A DNA stretch of 27,476 nt from Amoeboaphelidium occidentale (Eukaryota). Shown one piece after another: positions 9,109 to 20,117 of the stretch; the stretch's first letter is position 1, and each line of letters opens with the position of its first letter. Position numbers and translations under genes: made by a program. The notes under the pieces are model-generated. The model saw nothing but the letters and a program-made list of their open reading frames with translations, searched no databases and was not told the origin of the DNA. The stretch is from contig JALGPX010000047.1 of assembly GCA_023515795.1 (NCBI GenBank), forward strand, positions 62,001 to 89,476, given 5' to 3'.

Positions 9109-10428
9109 TCAGATTTCCATATCAAAATCAAGAAAGTGCTCTTTGCCTCTGTCTTCAAGACTCATTGGCAAACCACCGACAAAAACTTCGTGTGCTTTCG
9201 TTGGGCTTTCTTGTTCATCCGCTTCCTCGATGACCGTGGAGTATACTCTTCTTCGTTTCTTTCCTGAACTCATCACAGAATTCCTCGCCATCATTCTCTG
9301 GGCACTTGTCGAAAGGAAAGTGTATCCTTTGAATACATTCTCACCATAAACTTGAGGCACCGAAGGCGGAGATAATTTTGGCGTCATTTTAGTAAACTCA
9401 GTGTCAAACCAGCGGAGATCATCTTCTCCGGTTACTTGTGGAACAAACGGAGGCTTAATTTCTTTCTTGTCAAGCTTTTCAAAATCAATATCACTGAAGA
9501 ACGGATGGTTTCGAATATGCTGTTCTGCATCCAAACCAGAACCTAAACGAGAAGCAGGATCCTTAACTAATAATCCGGTTATTAACTCTTTTGCGTGCTC
9601 AAGAAGCACATAATTGTCAGAGCGCCTAAAGAAGTCTGCAGGAAACTCCAAACTGTCATAAAGAACACGTTGATACATGGCCATGTGATTCTCAGCCCAA
9701 AACGGAGTAAAGCCAGTTATCAGTTCAAATAGAAACGTTCCCAAAGACCACCAGTCAACTTCATAAGAGTATGGAAGCTCTTTAAGAATCTCTGGCGCCA
9801 AATACTCCGCAGTACCACAAAACGTTACGGCAGATGAGTTCTGCGATAATTTAAACTGTTTTGATAAGCCAAAGTCAGTCAACTTGATGTGACCATTCAT
9901 GTCAAGTAACACGTTCTCAGGCTTTAAATCGCGATAAATAATCCCGTGTTTATGCAACTCACAAATTCCACTAACCATCTCAGCGCAATAAAACTGTGCT
10001 CGCTTAACATCCAAAGAACCATACAATGCCAATTGAGTAGCAAAATCACCACCCTGAATGTACGGCATAACTAAAAATAGATTCGTATCGCTCTGAAAAG
10101 ATGCGTGCAAGCGTATAAGGAACGGATGGTTCAGCTGCGAGAGAGTTGCCAGAACGCGTTGCTCCGTGAGCGTGTGCTCCACTTCAGTTTTGCCGTGCGA
10201 AATAACAAACTTCTTTGATATAGACTTAATCGCATACTTCTTGTTGCTTCCCTTTTCTCTTGCTAATAGAACTTTGCCCATGCAGCCAACGCCCAGGACT
10301 TTAATCAGTTCGTAATTCTCCAGCGTATTCTTTGCGTCCACCTGCGCATCGCCACAAGAATTCTCATTACTTCCTGTCTCCGATTCTCCATGCAGCGCCT
10401 TGCCCGTGAAGAATGATTTAAATAACAT
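9109..10428 (-). CDS. AGC-family Ser/Thr protein kinase (S6K/SGK/Ypk/Akt-like), 439 aa
   Basis: Kinase motifs GVGCMGKV, YAIK, YRDLKPEN, DFG, TFCGTAEYLAPE and DWWSLG. AGC tail PPFVP...FDTEFT and hydrophobic motif FKGYTF. First ATG at 10428. Confidence 0.95.
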   Translation of the reverse strand: MLFKSFFTGKALHGESETGSNENSCGDAQVDAKNTLENYELIKVLGVGCMGKVLLAREKGSNKKYAIKSISKKFVISHGKTEVEHTLTEQRVLATLSQLNHPFLIRLHASFQSDTNLFLVMPYIQGGDFATQLALYGSLDVKRAQFYCAEMVSGICELHKHGIIYRDLKPENVLLDMNGHIKLTDFGLSKQFKLSQNSSAVTFCGTAEYLAPEILKELPYSYEVDWWSLGTFLFELITGFTPFWAENHMAMYQRVLYDSLEFPADFFRRSDNYVLLEHAKELITGLLVKDPASRLGSGLDAEQHIRNHPFFSDIDFEKLDKKEIKPPFVPQVTGEDDLRWFDTEFTKMTPKLSPPSVPQVYGENVFKGYTFLSTSAQRMMARNSVMSSGKKRRRVYSTVIEEADEQESPTKAHEVFVGGLPMSLEDRGKEHFLDFDMEI

Positions 10429-10523
10429 TCCGTAATTGAAAATCACAATTGACGAAGCTCTGATGAAAAAGATCGGCGAGTTGTTTCAAGATTGACGCCA
10501 CACAGAGAAGCTGATTAACAGAA
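10429..10523. promoter_or_regulatory. Putative bidirectional promoter between kinase and talin
   Basis: Only 95 bp separate the divergent ATGs. Confidence 0.55.
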
Positions 10524-13500
10524 ATGTCGACGGTTTCGCTTAAAGTCACAGTATCCGAACAGGGTATAACAAAGACCATGCAGTTCGCTGGTGATACGAC
10601 TATCAATGATGTATGTAAGGAGATCAGGGCCAAGATAGGTGAGACAGTCAATGTCAGCACTGATCATGGTCTCTTCTATCCTATTATATCAAAGTGGCTA
10701 TTGGCCAACAAGACTTTGGATTACTATGATCTAAAGACTGGTGACACAGTTGAGTACAAGAAAAAGCACAGAGCTTTGAGAGTTCGAATGATGGATGATA
10801 CAATCAAGACGGTGCTTATTGATGAATCGCACAATGTGGCCGATCTGGTTGTGAATGTCTGTCAGAAGATCGGTATATCAAATCCTGAAGAGTACTCATT
10901 GCAGGCTGAGAAAGCACTTAATGGTTCAAGAGACAATCTTGCCGAAGAGAAGAAGTGGTTGGGGCCTGAGAAGACATTGGCAGAACAAGGTGTAGTCGAA
11001 ACAGACATACTCTTGCTAAAGAAGAAGTTCTTCTTTAGTGACCAGAATGTTGATCGCAACGATCCTATCCAGTTGAATCTGTTGTATGTGCAATCCAGAG
11101 ATGCGATCGTCAGCGGTAAGCATCCGTGCACAATTGATGAAGCTGCACAATTAGCAGCCTTGCAGTGTCAAGTCCAGTATGGTAATCATGAGCCTGATAA
11201 ACACAAACCTGGGTTCATCAAGATCAAAGAGTTCGTGCCTCCGGAGTATCACAAAGACAAGAAGGAGTTGGAGAAGAAGATCTATCAAGAGCATCGCAAG
11301 TTGCAAGGTTTAACTGAATTGAATGCGAAATTCAGATATGTCCAATTATGTAGATCACTGAAGACCTATGGTGTTACTTTCTTTATGGTGAAGGAGAATG
11401 TTCCAAAGAAGAACAAGATGGTTCCGCGCTTGTTGGGTGTTACTAGAGACAGCATTATGAGATTAGATGCTGAAACTAAAGAAATTTTGAAGACTTGGCC
11501 TTTGACTACATTGAGACGTTGGGCTGCTGCTCCAAACAGTTTTACTTTAGACTTTGGTGATTACGCTGATTCTTACTACTCCGTTCAAACCTCTGAAGGA
11601 GAACCAATATCGCAACTTATTGGTGGCTACATTGATATCATTTTGAAAAAGAGAAAAGAAGCTTCAAGAAAAGTCGAAGAAGAAGAGGTTCAAGTTGCCA
11701 TCGCTGAAGACAATGTCAGGCCAGCTAAAGCGACTGCAGTCAATCTAAGCTCGCACAAAGTTGGGAGGGCAGTTGAAGTCAATGTTGCAAGTGCAGGTGT
11801 TGTATCCGATGATTCAGGCAAAATTGGATCGAGACAAGTTATCAAGAGAAAGAATCTTGCACAAGCGACAGAAGTTGACACTGTTCAATACAGTGCATAT
11901 GGATCTCAGCAAGCAGTCATGCAGAATATTAACAATGGATTTGCTGCTATTAATGCTGCAACGAATGAATTGACAGTAGCTACACAATTACCTCCAATTG
12001 GTAATGATCCTGCTTCGAAGCAATGGAAAGTTCAGACCATGGATGTGAATAAGCAGCTCATTGGCGCACAAGTTGCTGCACATCTTACTTCAACCGCTTC
12101 TGTTGTCACTATAGGAAGCGTCAACGATTCAGACTTCATAGATTTTGAACAATTGGCAGCTAATATTGCATCACTGTCTTCAAATTTGAATCAGATTACT
12201 TCAAGCACCAAAATGGTTGCTGCTCTTATGGATCAAATGCAAGGCGATAAAGTTTTGGAGGCGGCACGAGCATTTGCAGCCGCAACTTCATCACTCTTAC
12301 AGGGTATTCAACCTTTGATTACTGGAGAAGAATTCCACAACAACAATCCTTATAAAGCAGCCCTGTTGCAACAAGGTCAAGAAATTTCCAAGGCTGCATT
12401 CCAGTTGCTATTCAAGATTGGAGAAATTGAAATCCCACAACAGCAACAGCAAGAATTGATTGATTTGGCAAAGCTTGTTACCCAAGCTACTGCTGGTCTT
12501 GTTGCAAACGGTGTCAAGCCGTTAGCGATCGAGATCCAACCGAACCCACACTTGAGAGAAACACAACAATTTATTCTTGGCTCTGCTAGAGATGTAGCAA
12601 CTGCAGCTGAAGCTTTGGTCACCGTGTCTGTCATCACAGCTCCAGCCATTCATTTGGGTGTTTGTCAAGACCAAGTTATGCAAGGAACAGTTTCTTTGAG
12701 TGATGCATTGAATGCAATGAATGCTTCAGTAGATACCGTGAAGCAAGAAATTGGCGGCGACTCTAAAGGTGTATCTGAAATGGCTAAGCACGTCCAAAAA
12801 GTTATCAATGCGCTTGCAAGATTCATTGAGAAAGTCAGAGATCCTATGAAGAGCGTTGATGAAGCAGCTGAATCTAAGGCTAGCGTTTTTGATGCCGTAT
12901 TGAACGCTTCCTCCGAGCTGATTTACCAGCGTGATAATGTGCAACAAATTGTGGCAAATGCGAAAGAGCTTACTCTTGCCGGAACTCAACTTGTGAATTA
13001 TTTGAAGAAGAGATCCGATGAAGAAAGTGATCCAGATGAAAAGCAGAAGCTGATCTCTCAAGCCAAGGCTGTTGCCGAGAACATTCACAAGATTGTTGCA
13101 TTGGCCAAAGAATTAGCAAAGAATCCAAAAGATGAATCAAAACAAGCTCAATTGAGAGAAGCTATTGATGCCATTCAAGCATTAACAATTCAGGCTGCTG
13201 GCAAGGAAGCTAGAGATAGACTTTTCAAGAAACTGGTTGCCCAAGCGAAGCAACTTGCATCTGCAACTACCTCTCTTATTGCTGCTACAAAGAGTGCCGC
13301 ACAATCTAATCGTGACCAAGTGTCTCAAATTCAAGTCACCCAGGCTTCTAAGAAAGCAGCAGACTCAACAGTCAACATGGTTGTTGCGAGCAAATCATTG
13401 CTTACAAATGTCGAAGATCCTTCCAACCAATTGAAGTTAGTATCAGTGGCCAGAAGTGCTCTTTCCCCAACAACCGATCTTGTTGCTGCAGTTAAGACGG

Positions 13501-16500
13501 CCAGTTCTACTACAGTTGATTCATCAGCTCAAGAAAGTTTAATGGAAGGAGTGTATCAAGTCGAAGAAGCGATGAAAGCTCTGATTACAGTGTTGGACCA
13601 AGCAGAGAATGCATCAAGTGGTCTCGAATACGAAAGCGCTTTTGAAATTGTTAAACAAGTCAATGCTGACCTACAGCAGGCAAAAGAAATGGCCGCTGCT
13701 GGTAAACTTAGAATCATGGCTGGATACACTGCTGAATCTGCTCAACTGGAAGTATCAGGTAGTTCCAGGATTGTCGGATCTGCTATCTCCCAACTTGTTG
13801 CTGCTTCTAGTCAAGGAAATGAGAAACTTACCGGTGTTGCTGCGAGAGATACAGCAAATGCCCTTCTGGCTTGGACAACGGCTGTTCGCGCTCTTGCTGG
13901 AAGCTCGCAGGATGACAAGAAATTTCAAGAGCAACTTATTGGTAGTGCACAAAACCTTTCGAAGCATGTTTCGGATTTGCTTAACGGAGCGAAAGCAGTT
14001 GTCAAACTCCAGAAATCCGAAGCAAATAATGTTGACTCTGCTCAGTCCTCCTTGATGAACTCAGCTAAAGAAACTAACGATTTGATTTTTGCCGTTGTTG
14101 ATACTTTGCCTGGGAACCGTGATGTCGAGCGCGCATTACAAGTTGTTATGGCTGGTATTGAAATTCTTGAAACTGGTCCGAAAGTTAAGCCTGTTGCTGG
14201 TGAGTCGATCCAAATGTCCCAGAACAGGCTTAATGTTGCAGCATCTGGTTTGGCCGCTGCAGTTAATTCTGTGATTGCAGCAAGCTCCAGTGGGAATCCG
14301 GATGAATTGACCAAAAGTGCAGCTCAATTCGAAGACAAATACAACAAACTCGTCACCGCCGCTCAAGGTCTTATTGCGCAGACCAACGACGAGAAAGCAA
14401 AAGCAGAAATTATGTCTTACGTCAAAAGTGTTGCTGAAGCTAGTTCTGGGCTTCTACAAAGCTCAAAGAGTTCAAGATCAGATTTGAATGGTCCGAATGG
14501 AATCTCATCACTCACTGTTGCGGCTAAAAACATGGCTGGATCCATTTCGAAACTGTTGGAAGTATGCACCACAAGTGCTCCTGGCGTTTCAAGTGCCAAC
14601 CAGGCTGAACAGAAACTATTGCTGGCTGGACAAAAACTTACCACTTACAATGATCCTTCTATTGTATCTAATTTGTCTTACTTTGATTGCATTAAGCAAA
14701 CAGTTGATGTTCAGAAAGCTGTATTGCAGTCAACCGCCGCAGCATCGATCGCAGGCAAGGAGAATGATGGAGAGAAACTTGGAAAGACATTGTTGGATAT
14801 TTCTGATGCAATCGAGAAGCTTGCTGAAACTTGTGCTAAAGCAGCATATCTTATCGGTGTCAGTGATAGGAGCTCTATTCCTGGGCAGCCAGCACTAGTA
14901 GACCAACAGGCTGTTGTCGATAGCTCCAATGAAATCAAGTCAGCCTTAACTAAAATGAATGATGGCAAAAGCAATCAACAGACAGTTCTTCAAGCAGCTA
15001 GCGCTATTGCTAAACATACCGCTCTCTTGTGTAATGTCGGAAAACAGGCTTCAACAAACGCTGGTATCAGTGCAAACGGAAAGCAGCAATTCCAGTTGGC
15101 TGCGAAGAATATTGCAACAACAACTGCAGCTTTGGCCCAAGATATCAAAGCTTTAGCAACAGCTCCTTCTGCGTCGACAAGAGAAAATGCCAGTAAAAGC
15201 TCTGCTCCTTTACTTGAAGCTGTTGAGAGTCTGGTTGCGCTTGCAAACAGTCCAGAATATGGCGCCACTCCACCAACATTGTCTCCAATGGCTCAAGCAA
15301 AACAGAAACCGCTTATCGATACATCCAAGAATGTTATCAGTCTCACGCAAGATTTGGTTTCTACCGGTAAAGCTATATGCTCCTCTGGATCCGTCGATGC
15401 AAGTCAAGTTCATTTGCTAACTACTCAAAGCAAAGCTGTCAGCGATTCATTGAAGTTCTTAACTACAACCGTCAAACAAAGTGCTCCAGGACAACAAGAT
15501 ATCCAGGCCGCTATTGAAAAAGTCAGCGGAGTTGCGGCTCAACTTGAAAGCGCATCATTGCACGTTGAAGTAGATGAAACATCCGCATCAGGAGGAAATG
15601 CAGTTTCAGGCTCAAATATGAATTTGGCAGCTGCTTCAGCTACGGGTCTAGATCAGTCATTGAAGGACAAGTTACTCGACAACGCAAAGGCATTAGCTTC
15701 ATTGATTCACATGATTGCTGATTCTGCTAAAGGAAAAATTGAACAAGGACAATCGCCTCTGGAAGCAGCGGGAAATCTTTCTTACGCAGTAATTCAACTC
15801 GCTGAAACATTTCAACCAATGGGAGTGACAGCTATCGGGTTGTCGCAGTCAACGTCTAGCAAACCTTTCCAGAAGTCTGTTTTAGAAGGAGTCAAACGAA
15901 TTGCTGATGATACATTGACATTCTTATATGCAGCAAAAGACGCTGGTGGCGATGCCAAAAATGCTGAAAGTCATGCCAAGATTGATAGTACGATGAATTT
16001 ATTGACTGCATCTTTGAACAAGATGGCTCTCAAACTTGAAGGATCCACCAAAGGATCAGCAGAAATATCAAAGGTTTCATCGAATATTCAGGACACTTTG
16101 CGCTCTATTTCAGAAAACAGACCTTCATCTGCTGCCAATGATTCTTACCAACAATACGCTACTCAATTATTTTCGAACGGGAAAAACCTGGTCGATATTG
16201 TTGGAGATGTTATCACCAAATCTGTCAAGCCTGATAAAGATGTCTTGTTGCCAGTTATTGAGCAGATAGGAAAAGTGTATAACTTGATTGTGAAGAACGC
16301 TGTGAATGGATCTAATTGTGTTACTGATCCAAAAGTCAAGCAAAGTTTATTGGATGTCTCACGAGAACTGGGAGGCAGCACCTTGAAACTTGTAGATGCC
16401 GTCAAAAGCGCTTTGATTTCCGCTTCAAGCGGTGATGGAGTCGTGGATCCTAATTCAAAACAGAAATTAACGAACGCTTCGAAAGAAGTTACCCAGAACG

Positions 16501-18269
16501 TTTCAAAACTCATGGCAGTATCAAAAGAAGGTTCCAAATCTCTCACTGCCTGTGAAAACGTCGTGGAACTTATTGGCGATGCGTTGGCTGATCTTGAATC
16601 TCATATCATCTTTGCTCAAGCAGGACAGTTGGATTCAAACGATAAGGAGAAATTCGACGCTTATCAAGAAGAGCTACAAAGTTTGGCGAGAGAATTAGTT
16701 GAAAACTCGAAAGCGCTTGTGTCACATGGAGCTATGGGTAAATCGGATGACCTGGCTGTCTCTGCAACTCTAGCTGGCGAGACCCTTTTGTCTTTGAAAG
16801 AATCCACAAAGCTTGCCGCATTTGCTCTAACATCTAATGATAGTGGCACACAAGAAGAACTCTTATCGCAATGCCGTGATGTCGCAAAGGCATTATCACA
16901 TCTCCTTAAGATGGCAATCGATCTTGGAACAAAGCCATTGAAGCCGCTTAAAGGTACAATCAACGCCACGACGATTCCAACAGATTTCGTCCAGTTTAGA
17001 GAAGCAGCAAAAGATTTGGTTGGCCAAGTTGGAGATTTCATTAAGACTGTAAAATACGTTGGAGATGAATCTTCGCGTGGTGCCAGGGCATTAGAAAGCT
17101 CCGCTCGTGAAATTGAAAGAGCCGTTCAGATTTTGGAGGACGAATCGCCAGCAGAAGGAACCGCACTGCCTGAAGAGGTCGCTCAAATTGCAAAATCTGT
17201 TGCAGCAGCCTCTGCGAATCTCGTTTCAGTCGCTTCCAAAGGTATCAACAATTTGACACAAGATGAATTAGTCACTTCCACTGCAGAACTCAAGAAAGTC
17301 CTTCTTGATCTCACAAGAGCTGGTAAGGCTTCTACTGAGCAAGCTCCAGAAGATGCAAAAGCTTTGATGCATGGGGCAATCAAATCTGTTGCTGATGCTA
17401 CTTGCTTGCTTTTGAACAAAGTTAAGCTTATTGCAGAAGGGCAATCATCAGGAAAATCAGAAGTTCAGTATGCTGCCAAGGAAGTTGCTTCTAGTGTTGG
17501 TAAAGTAGTGGACGCAGCAGGTGAGCTGATTCCAGGTGGTTATGTGGATCCTAATGATCCTAATGTTGTGGCAGAACGAGAACTTCTTGCTGCAGCTAGT
17601 TCTATTGAAGCCGCCGCAAGGAAACTCGCCATGCTTAAACCTCCTGAAAGACCTAGAGAGGCAAACGAAGATCTCAACTTTGAAGAACAGATTCTGGAAG
17701 CAGCAAAAGCTATTGCATCTGCCACTTCTGCACTCATCAAGTCTGCTACTTCGGCTCAGAGAGAAATTGTCGCGAAAGGAAAAGTCAGCAACAAGAGAGA
17801 AGACCAGATGTACTTTTCAGATGGTACCTGGTCCGATGGCTTAGTATCTGCTGCAAAAAATGTCGCCAGTGCTACTGGAGATTTATGTGAAGCTGCAAAT
17901 GCTGCTGTCAAGGGCGAAATTCAAAGAGAAAGAGTCATTGTATCTGCGCGAAATGTGTCTAGCTCAACAATACAACTATTGCATTCAGCGGCAGCAAGAA
18001 CTGATGCCAACTCTCAGTCTCAAGTAAGATTGAAAGCTGCAGGAAAGAGTGTCACTCAAGCAACAGAAGCTCTTGTGAAGGCTGCAGAGCAAACGATGGC
18101 TTATGAAGAGGAAGCCAACGTTTCTTCTTTGATGAAAGGAAAAGGAACAAACGCTATGCAAAAAGCTCAGGAATTGGAAGCAGCAGCAAAAGTGTTGCAG
18201 ATGGAAAAGGAGCTGGAGAATGCGAGAATGAAGTTGGCAGGAATGAGAAAAGCAAAGTACAAGAAATAA
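10524..18269 (+). CDS. TLN: Talin (FERM F0-F3 head, Ala-rich helical rod, I/LWEQ actin-binding tail), 2581 aa, intronless
   Basis: Head motifs KTMQF, KKFFFSDQNVDRNDPIQLNLLYVQSRDAI, CRSLKTYGVTFF, WPLTTLRRWAAAPNSFTLDFGDY and QLIGGYIDIILKK. Tail motifs AERELLAAASSIEAAARKL, FEEQILEAAKAIA, WSDGLVSAAK and EKELENARMKLAGMRKAKYK. Confidence 0.98.
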   Translation: MSTVSLKVTVSEQGITKTMQFAGDTTINDVCKEIRAKIGETVNVSTDHGLFYPIISKWLLANKTLDYYDLKTGDTVEYKKKHRALRVRMMDDTIKTVLIDESHNVADLVVNVCQKIGISNPEEYSLQAEKALNGSRDNLAEEKKWLGPEKTLAEQGVVETDILLLKKKFFFSDQNVDRNDPIQLNLLYVQSRDAIVSGKHPCTIDEAAQLAALQCQVQYGNHEPDKHKPGFIKIKEFVPPEYHKDKKELEKKIYQEHRKLQGLTELNAKFRYVQLCRSLKTYGVTFFMVKENVPKKNKMVPRLLGVTRDSIMRLDAETKEILKTWPLTTLRRWAAAPNSFTLDFGDYADSYYSVQTSEGEPISQLIGGYIDIILKKRKEASRKVEEEEVQVAIAEDNVRPAKATAVNLSSHKVGRAVEVNVASAGVVSDDSGKIGSRQVIKRKNLAQATEVDTVQYSAYGSQQAVMQNINNGFAAINAATNELTVATQLPPIGNDPASKQWKVQTMDVNKQLIGAQVAAHLTSTASVVTIGSVNDSDFIDFEQLAANIASLSSNLNQITSSTKMVAALMDQMQGDKVLEAARAFAAATSSLLQGIQPLITGEEFHNNNPYKAALLQQGQEISKAAFQLLFKIGEIEIPQQQQQELIDLAKLVTQATAGLVANGVKPLAIEIQPNPHLRETQQFILGSARDVATAAEALVTVSVITAPAIHLGVCQDQVMQGTVSLSDALNAMNASVDTVKQEIGGDSKGVSEMAKHVQKVINALARFIEKVRDPMKSVDEAAESKASVFDAVLNASSELIYQRDNVQQIVANAKELTLAGTQLVNYLKKRSDEESDPDEKQKLISQAKAVAENIHKIVALAKELAKNPKDESKQAQLREAIDAIQALTIQAAGKEARDRLFKKLVAQAKQLASATTSLIAATKSAAQSNRDQVSQIQVTQASKKAADSTVNMVVASKSLLTNVEDPSNQLKLVSVARSALSPTTDLVAAVKTASSTTVDSSAQESLMEGVYQVEEAMKALITVLDQAENASSGLEYESAFEIVKQVNADLQQAKEMAAAGKLRIMAGYTAESAQLEVSGSSRIVGSAISQLVAASSQGNEKLTGVAARDTANALLAWTTAVRALAGSSQDDKKFQEQLIGSAQNLSKHVSDLLNGAKAVVKLQKSEANNVDSAQSSLMNSAKETNDLIFAVVDTLPGNRDVERALQVVMAGIEILETGPKVKPVAGESIQMSQNRLNVAASGLAAAVNSVIAASSSGNPDELTKSAAQFEDKYNKLVTAAQGLIAQTNDEKAKAEIMSYVKSVAEASSGLLQSSKSSRSDLNGPNGISSLTVAAKNMAGSISKLLEVCTTSAPGVSSANQAEQKLLLAGQKLTTYNDPSIVSNLSYFDCIKQTVDVQKAVLQSTAAASIAGKENDGEKLGKTLLDISDAIEKLAETCAKAAYLIGVSDRSSIPGQPALVDQQAVVDSSNEIKSALTKMNDGKSNQQTVLQAASAIAKHTALLCNVGKQASTNAGISANGKQQFQLAAKNIATTTAALAQDIKALATAPSASTRENASKSSAPLLEAVESLVALANSPEYGATPPTLSPMAQAKQKPLIDTSKNVISLTQDLVSTGKAICSSGSVDASQVHLLTTQSKAVSDSLKFLTTTVKQSAPGQQDIQAAIEKVSGVAAQLESASLHVEVDETSASGGNAVSGSNMNLAAASATGLDQSLKDKLLDNAKALASLIHMIADSAKGKIEQGQSPLEAAGNLSYAVIQLAETFQPMGVTAIGLSQSTSSKPFQKSVLEGVKRIADDTLTFLYAAKDAGGDAKNAESHAKIDSTMNLLTASLNKMALKLEGSTKGSAEISKVSSNIQDTLRSISENRPSSAANDSYQQYATQLFSNGKNLVDIVGDVITKSVKPDKDVLLPVIEQIGKVYNLIVKNAVNGSNCVTDPKVKQSLLDVSRELGGSTLKLVDAVKSALISASSGDGVVDPNSKQKLTNASKEVTQNVSKLMAVSKEGSKSLTACENVVELIGDALADLESHIIFAQAGQLDSNDKEKFDAYQEELQSLARELVENSKALVSHGAMGKSDDLAVSATLAGETLLSLKESTKLAAFALTSNDSGTQEELLSQCRDVAKALSHLLKMAIDLGTKPLKPLKGTINATTIPTDFVQFREAAKDLVGQVGDFIKTVKYVGDESSRGARALESSAREIERAVQILEDESPAEGTALPEEVAQIAKSVAAASANLVSVASKGINNLTQDELVTSTAELKKVLLDLTRAGKASTEQAPEDAKALMHGAIKSVADATCLLLNKVKLIAEGQSSGKSEVQYAAKEVASSVGKVVDAAGELIPGGYVDPNDPNVVAERELLAAASSIEAAARKLAMLKPPERPREANEDLNFEEQILEAAKAIASATSALIKSATSAQREIVAKGKVSNKREDQMYFSDGTWSDGLVSAAKNVASATGDLCEAANAAVKGEIQRERVIVSARNVSSSTIQLLHSAAARTDANSQSQVRLKAAGKSVTQATEALVKAAEQTMAYEEEANVSSLMKGKGTNAMQKAQELEAAAKVLQMEKELENARMKLAGMRKAKYKK

Positions 18270-18303
18270 AGAAATCTTCTCGTCAGAGCATTTATGTGCA
18301 GAG

Positions 18304-20061
18304 TCAGCCTTGAAATTCCAGAAGTTGTAGAATTAGAGATTCCTTTTCAGCCAAAAACTCTGGCGCAACCAGTTTATCATGAATATGTTCAAGCAAATAA
18401 CGAAGAGCTGAAGTAAAATCATTCTTCTTCAATAACGAAACATACTCATCTCTTAAATAGTACATGTCCACGTAGTCATATGGAATTGATAGTTCAATTA
18501 ATTCAAGTAAATCCTTTGTTTGCTGTTTACTATCATAACTATCTCCTGCTCTGATAGAATCAAACACGAGTAGTTTCTTCGCAAGAGTCTTTCCCGTAAA
18601 CGCATCTCTTAATTGATAAAGTATTGTTCTCACACGTTCAAGAAGCGCTTCAGTTTCTTCAGATGTCAACTTTTCCAAAACATCTACTGGTGGCTGGTTT
18701 CTTGATCTTCGCTCTGAAACAGCAAGAATAGATTCTTTCTTAACAGTCTTTTGCTTCTTTGGCTTTGAACCGTCCTTGCTTTCAGTCTTCTTTTTCTTTG
18801 TTCCTCCCTTTTTAGTTGAAGGCTTTGGAACAACNNNNNNNNNNNNNNNNNCTTTCTTAACAGTCTTTTGGTTCTTTGGCTTTGAACCGTCCTTGCTTTC
18901 AGTCTTCTTTTTCTTTGTTCCTCCCTTTTTAGTTGAAGGCTTTGGAACAACCTCGATTTGAGTGCAATCCTCTTCAGGTTTCAACCTCTCATTATTCTCC
19001 CTAAACAGAATTAATCCCATTATCCCCGAAAAGACTTACTTTTGTTCGTCTGCTTCTTCTTCGGCTTCCCTTTCGCGTTTTCTAGAACTTGGTACAGGTT
19101 CAGAACCATTTAAACAGTCTGTTTCTTCAGCCGGCACAGACTCCATCGGGATATCACCAGGATTTTCTGTTGTAGACTCTTCTTGTTCAATTTCGCAGAC
19201 AGTAAAAGCGACAGCCACCGGAATTACGTCTTCGTGTGAAGCTNTCTGTTTCTTCTTCGGCTTCCCTTTCGCGTTTTTTAGAACTTGGTACAGGTTCAGA
19301 ACCATTTAAACAGTCTGTTTCTTCAACAGGCACAGACTCCACAGGCACGTCACCAGGATTTTCTGTTGTAGACTCTTCTTGTTCAATTTCGCAGACAGTA
19401 AAAGCGACAGCCACCGGAATTACGTCTTCGTGTGAAGCTTCAACCTTTGGCTCGACTAACTGTTCCACAACATAACTTTCATTCACAGCGGCATTCTCTT
19501 CGAGGATATCAGCTGGCGCAGTATCAGCATCTTGAGGCGCAATTGATTCCTCTTCGGGTTCAACATGAACCGTAGACTCAATGTGATCCCAAACTTTGTC
19601 CAAGTACATTGACAAGGTTGAATTCGTAACAATCGCACCATATCTCTTAGNGTCTTCGTGTGAAGCTTCAACCTTTGGCTCGACTAACTGTTCCACAACA
19701 TAACTTTCATTCACAGCGGCATTCTCTTCAAGGATATTAGCTTGCGCAGTATCAGCATCTTGAGGCGCAATTGATTCCTCTTCGGGTTCAACATGAACCG
19801 CAGACTCAATGTGATCCCAAACTTTGTCCAAGTACATTGACAAGGTTGAATTCGTAACAATCGCACCATATCTCTTAGCGCTCTTGCCAACATTGCCTTG
19901 CTCTATCGCTTTCTTTACAGCATCCTTTTGCTTACTATTGAAACCATCATATGTCTCAAGTAATTCCAACACTAGGAAAATGAATAAATGCCTACAAATA
20001 AAACTTTAATACCTTGCGCTTCCGTTAGCTTTTCGTTTGAAGTCTTGTTAATTAGGACCAT
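18304..20061 (-). CDS. Hypothetical protein (acidic/Lys-rich linker, conserved helical C-terminal domain), paralog of 20733..21710; exons 20061..20013, 19971..19040, 19000..18304 (includes three assembly overlaps)
   Basis: ATG at 20061. GT-AG introns at 20012..19972 (41 nt) and 19039..19001 (39 nt) both restore frame. The C-terminus LLELIELSIPYDYV..FTSALRYLLE..APEF matches the neighbouring paralog. Confidence 0.75.
18735..19848. repeat. Three haplotype overlap duplications around N at 18835-18851, 19244 and 19651
   Basis: Tandem ~100-220 bp near-identical copies each abut an N and differ by SNPs (e.g. GDIPMESVPAEE vs GDVPVESVPVEE). Outer limits are approximate. Confidence 0.8.
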
Positions 20062-20117
20062 CCTCGCAGTTGAGACAACAGAGGCAAACATACAGAGTTG
20101 CCGTTTGTGACTTTGAA

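Noticed and set aside
10862..17844. Numerous 60-150 aa alternative-frame and antisense ORFs within talin (likewise within the kinase, UTP15 and helicase genes)
   Set aside because: They are shadow ORFs of long coding sequences with no recognisable motifs.
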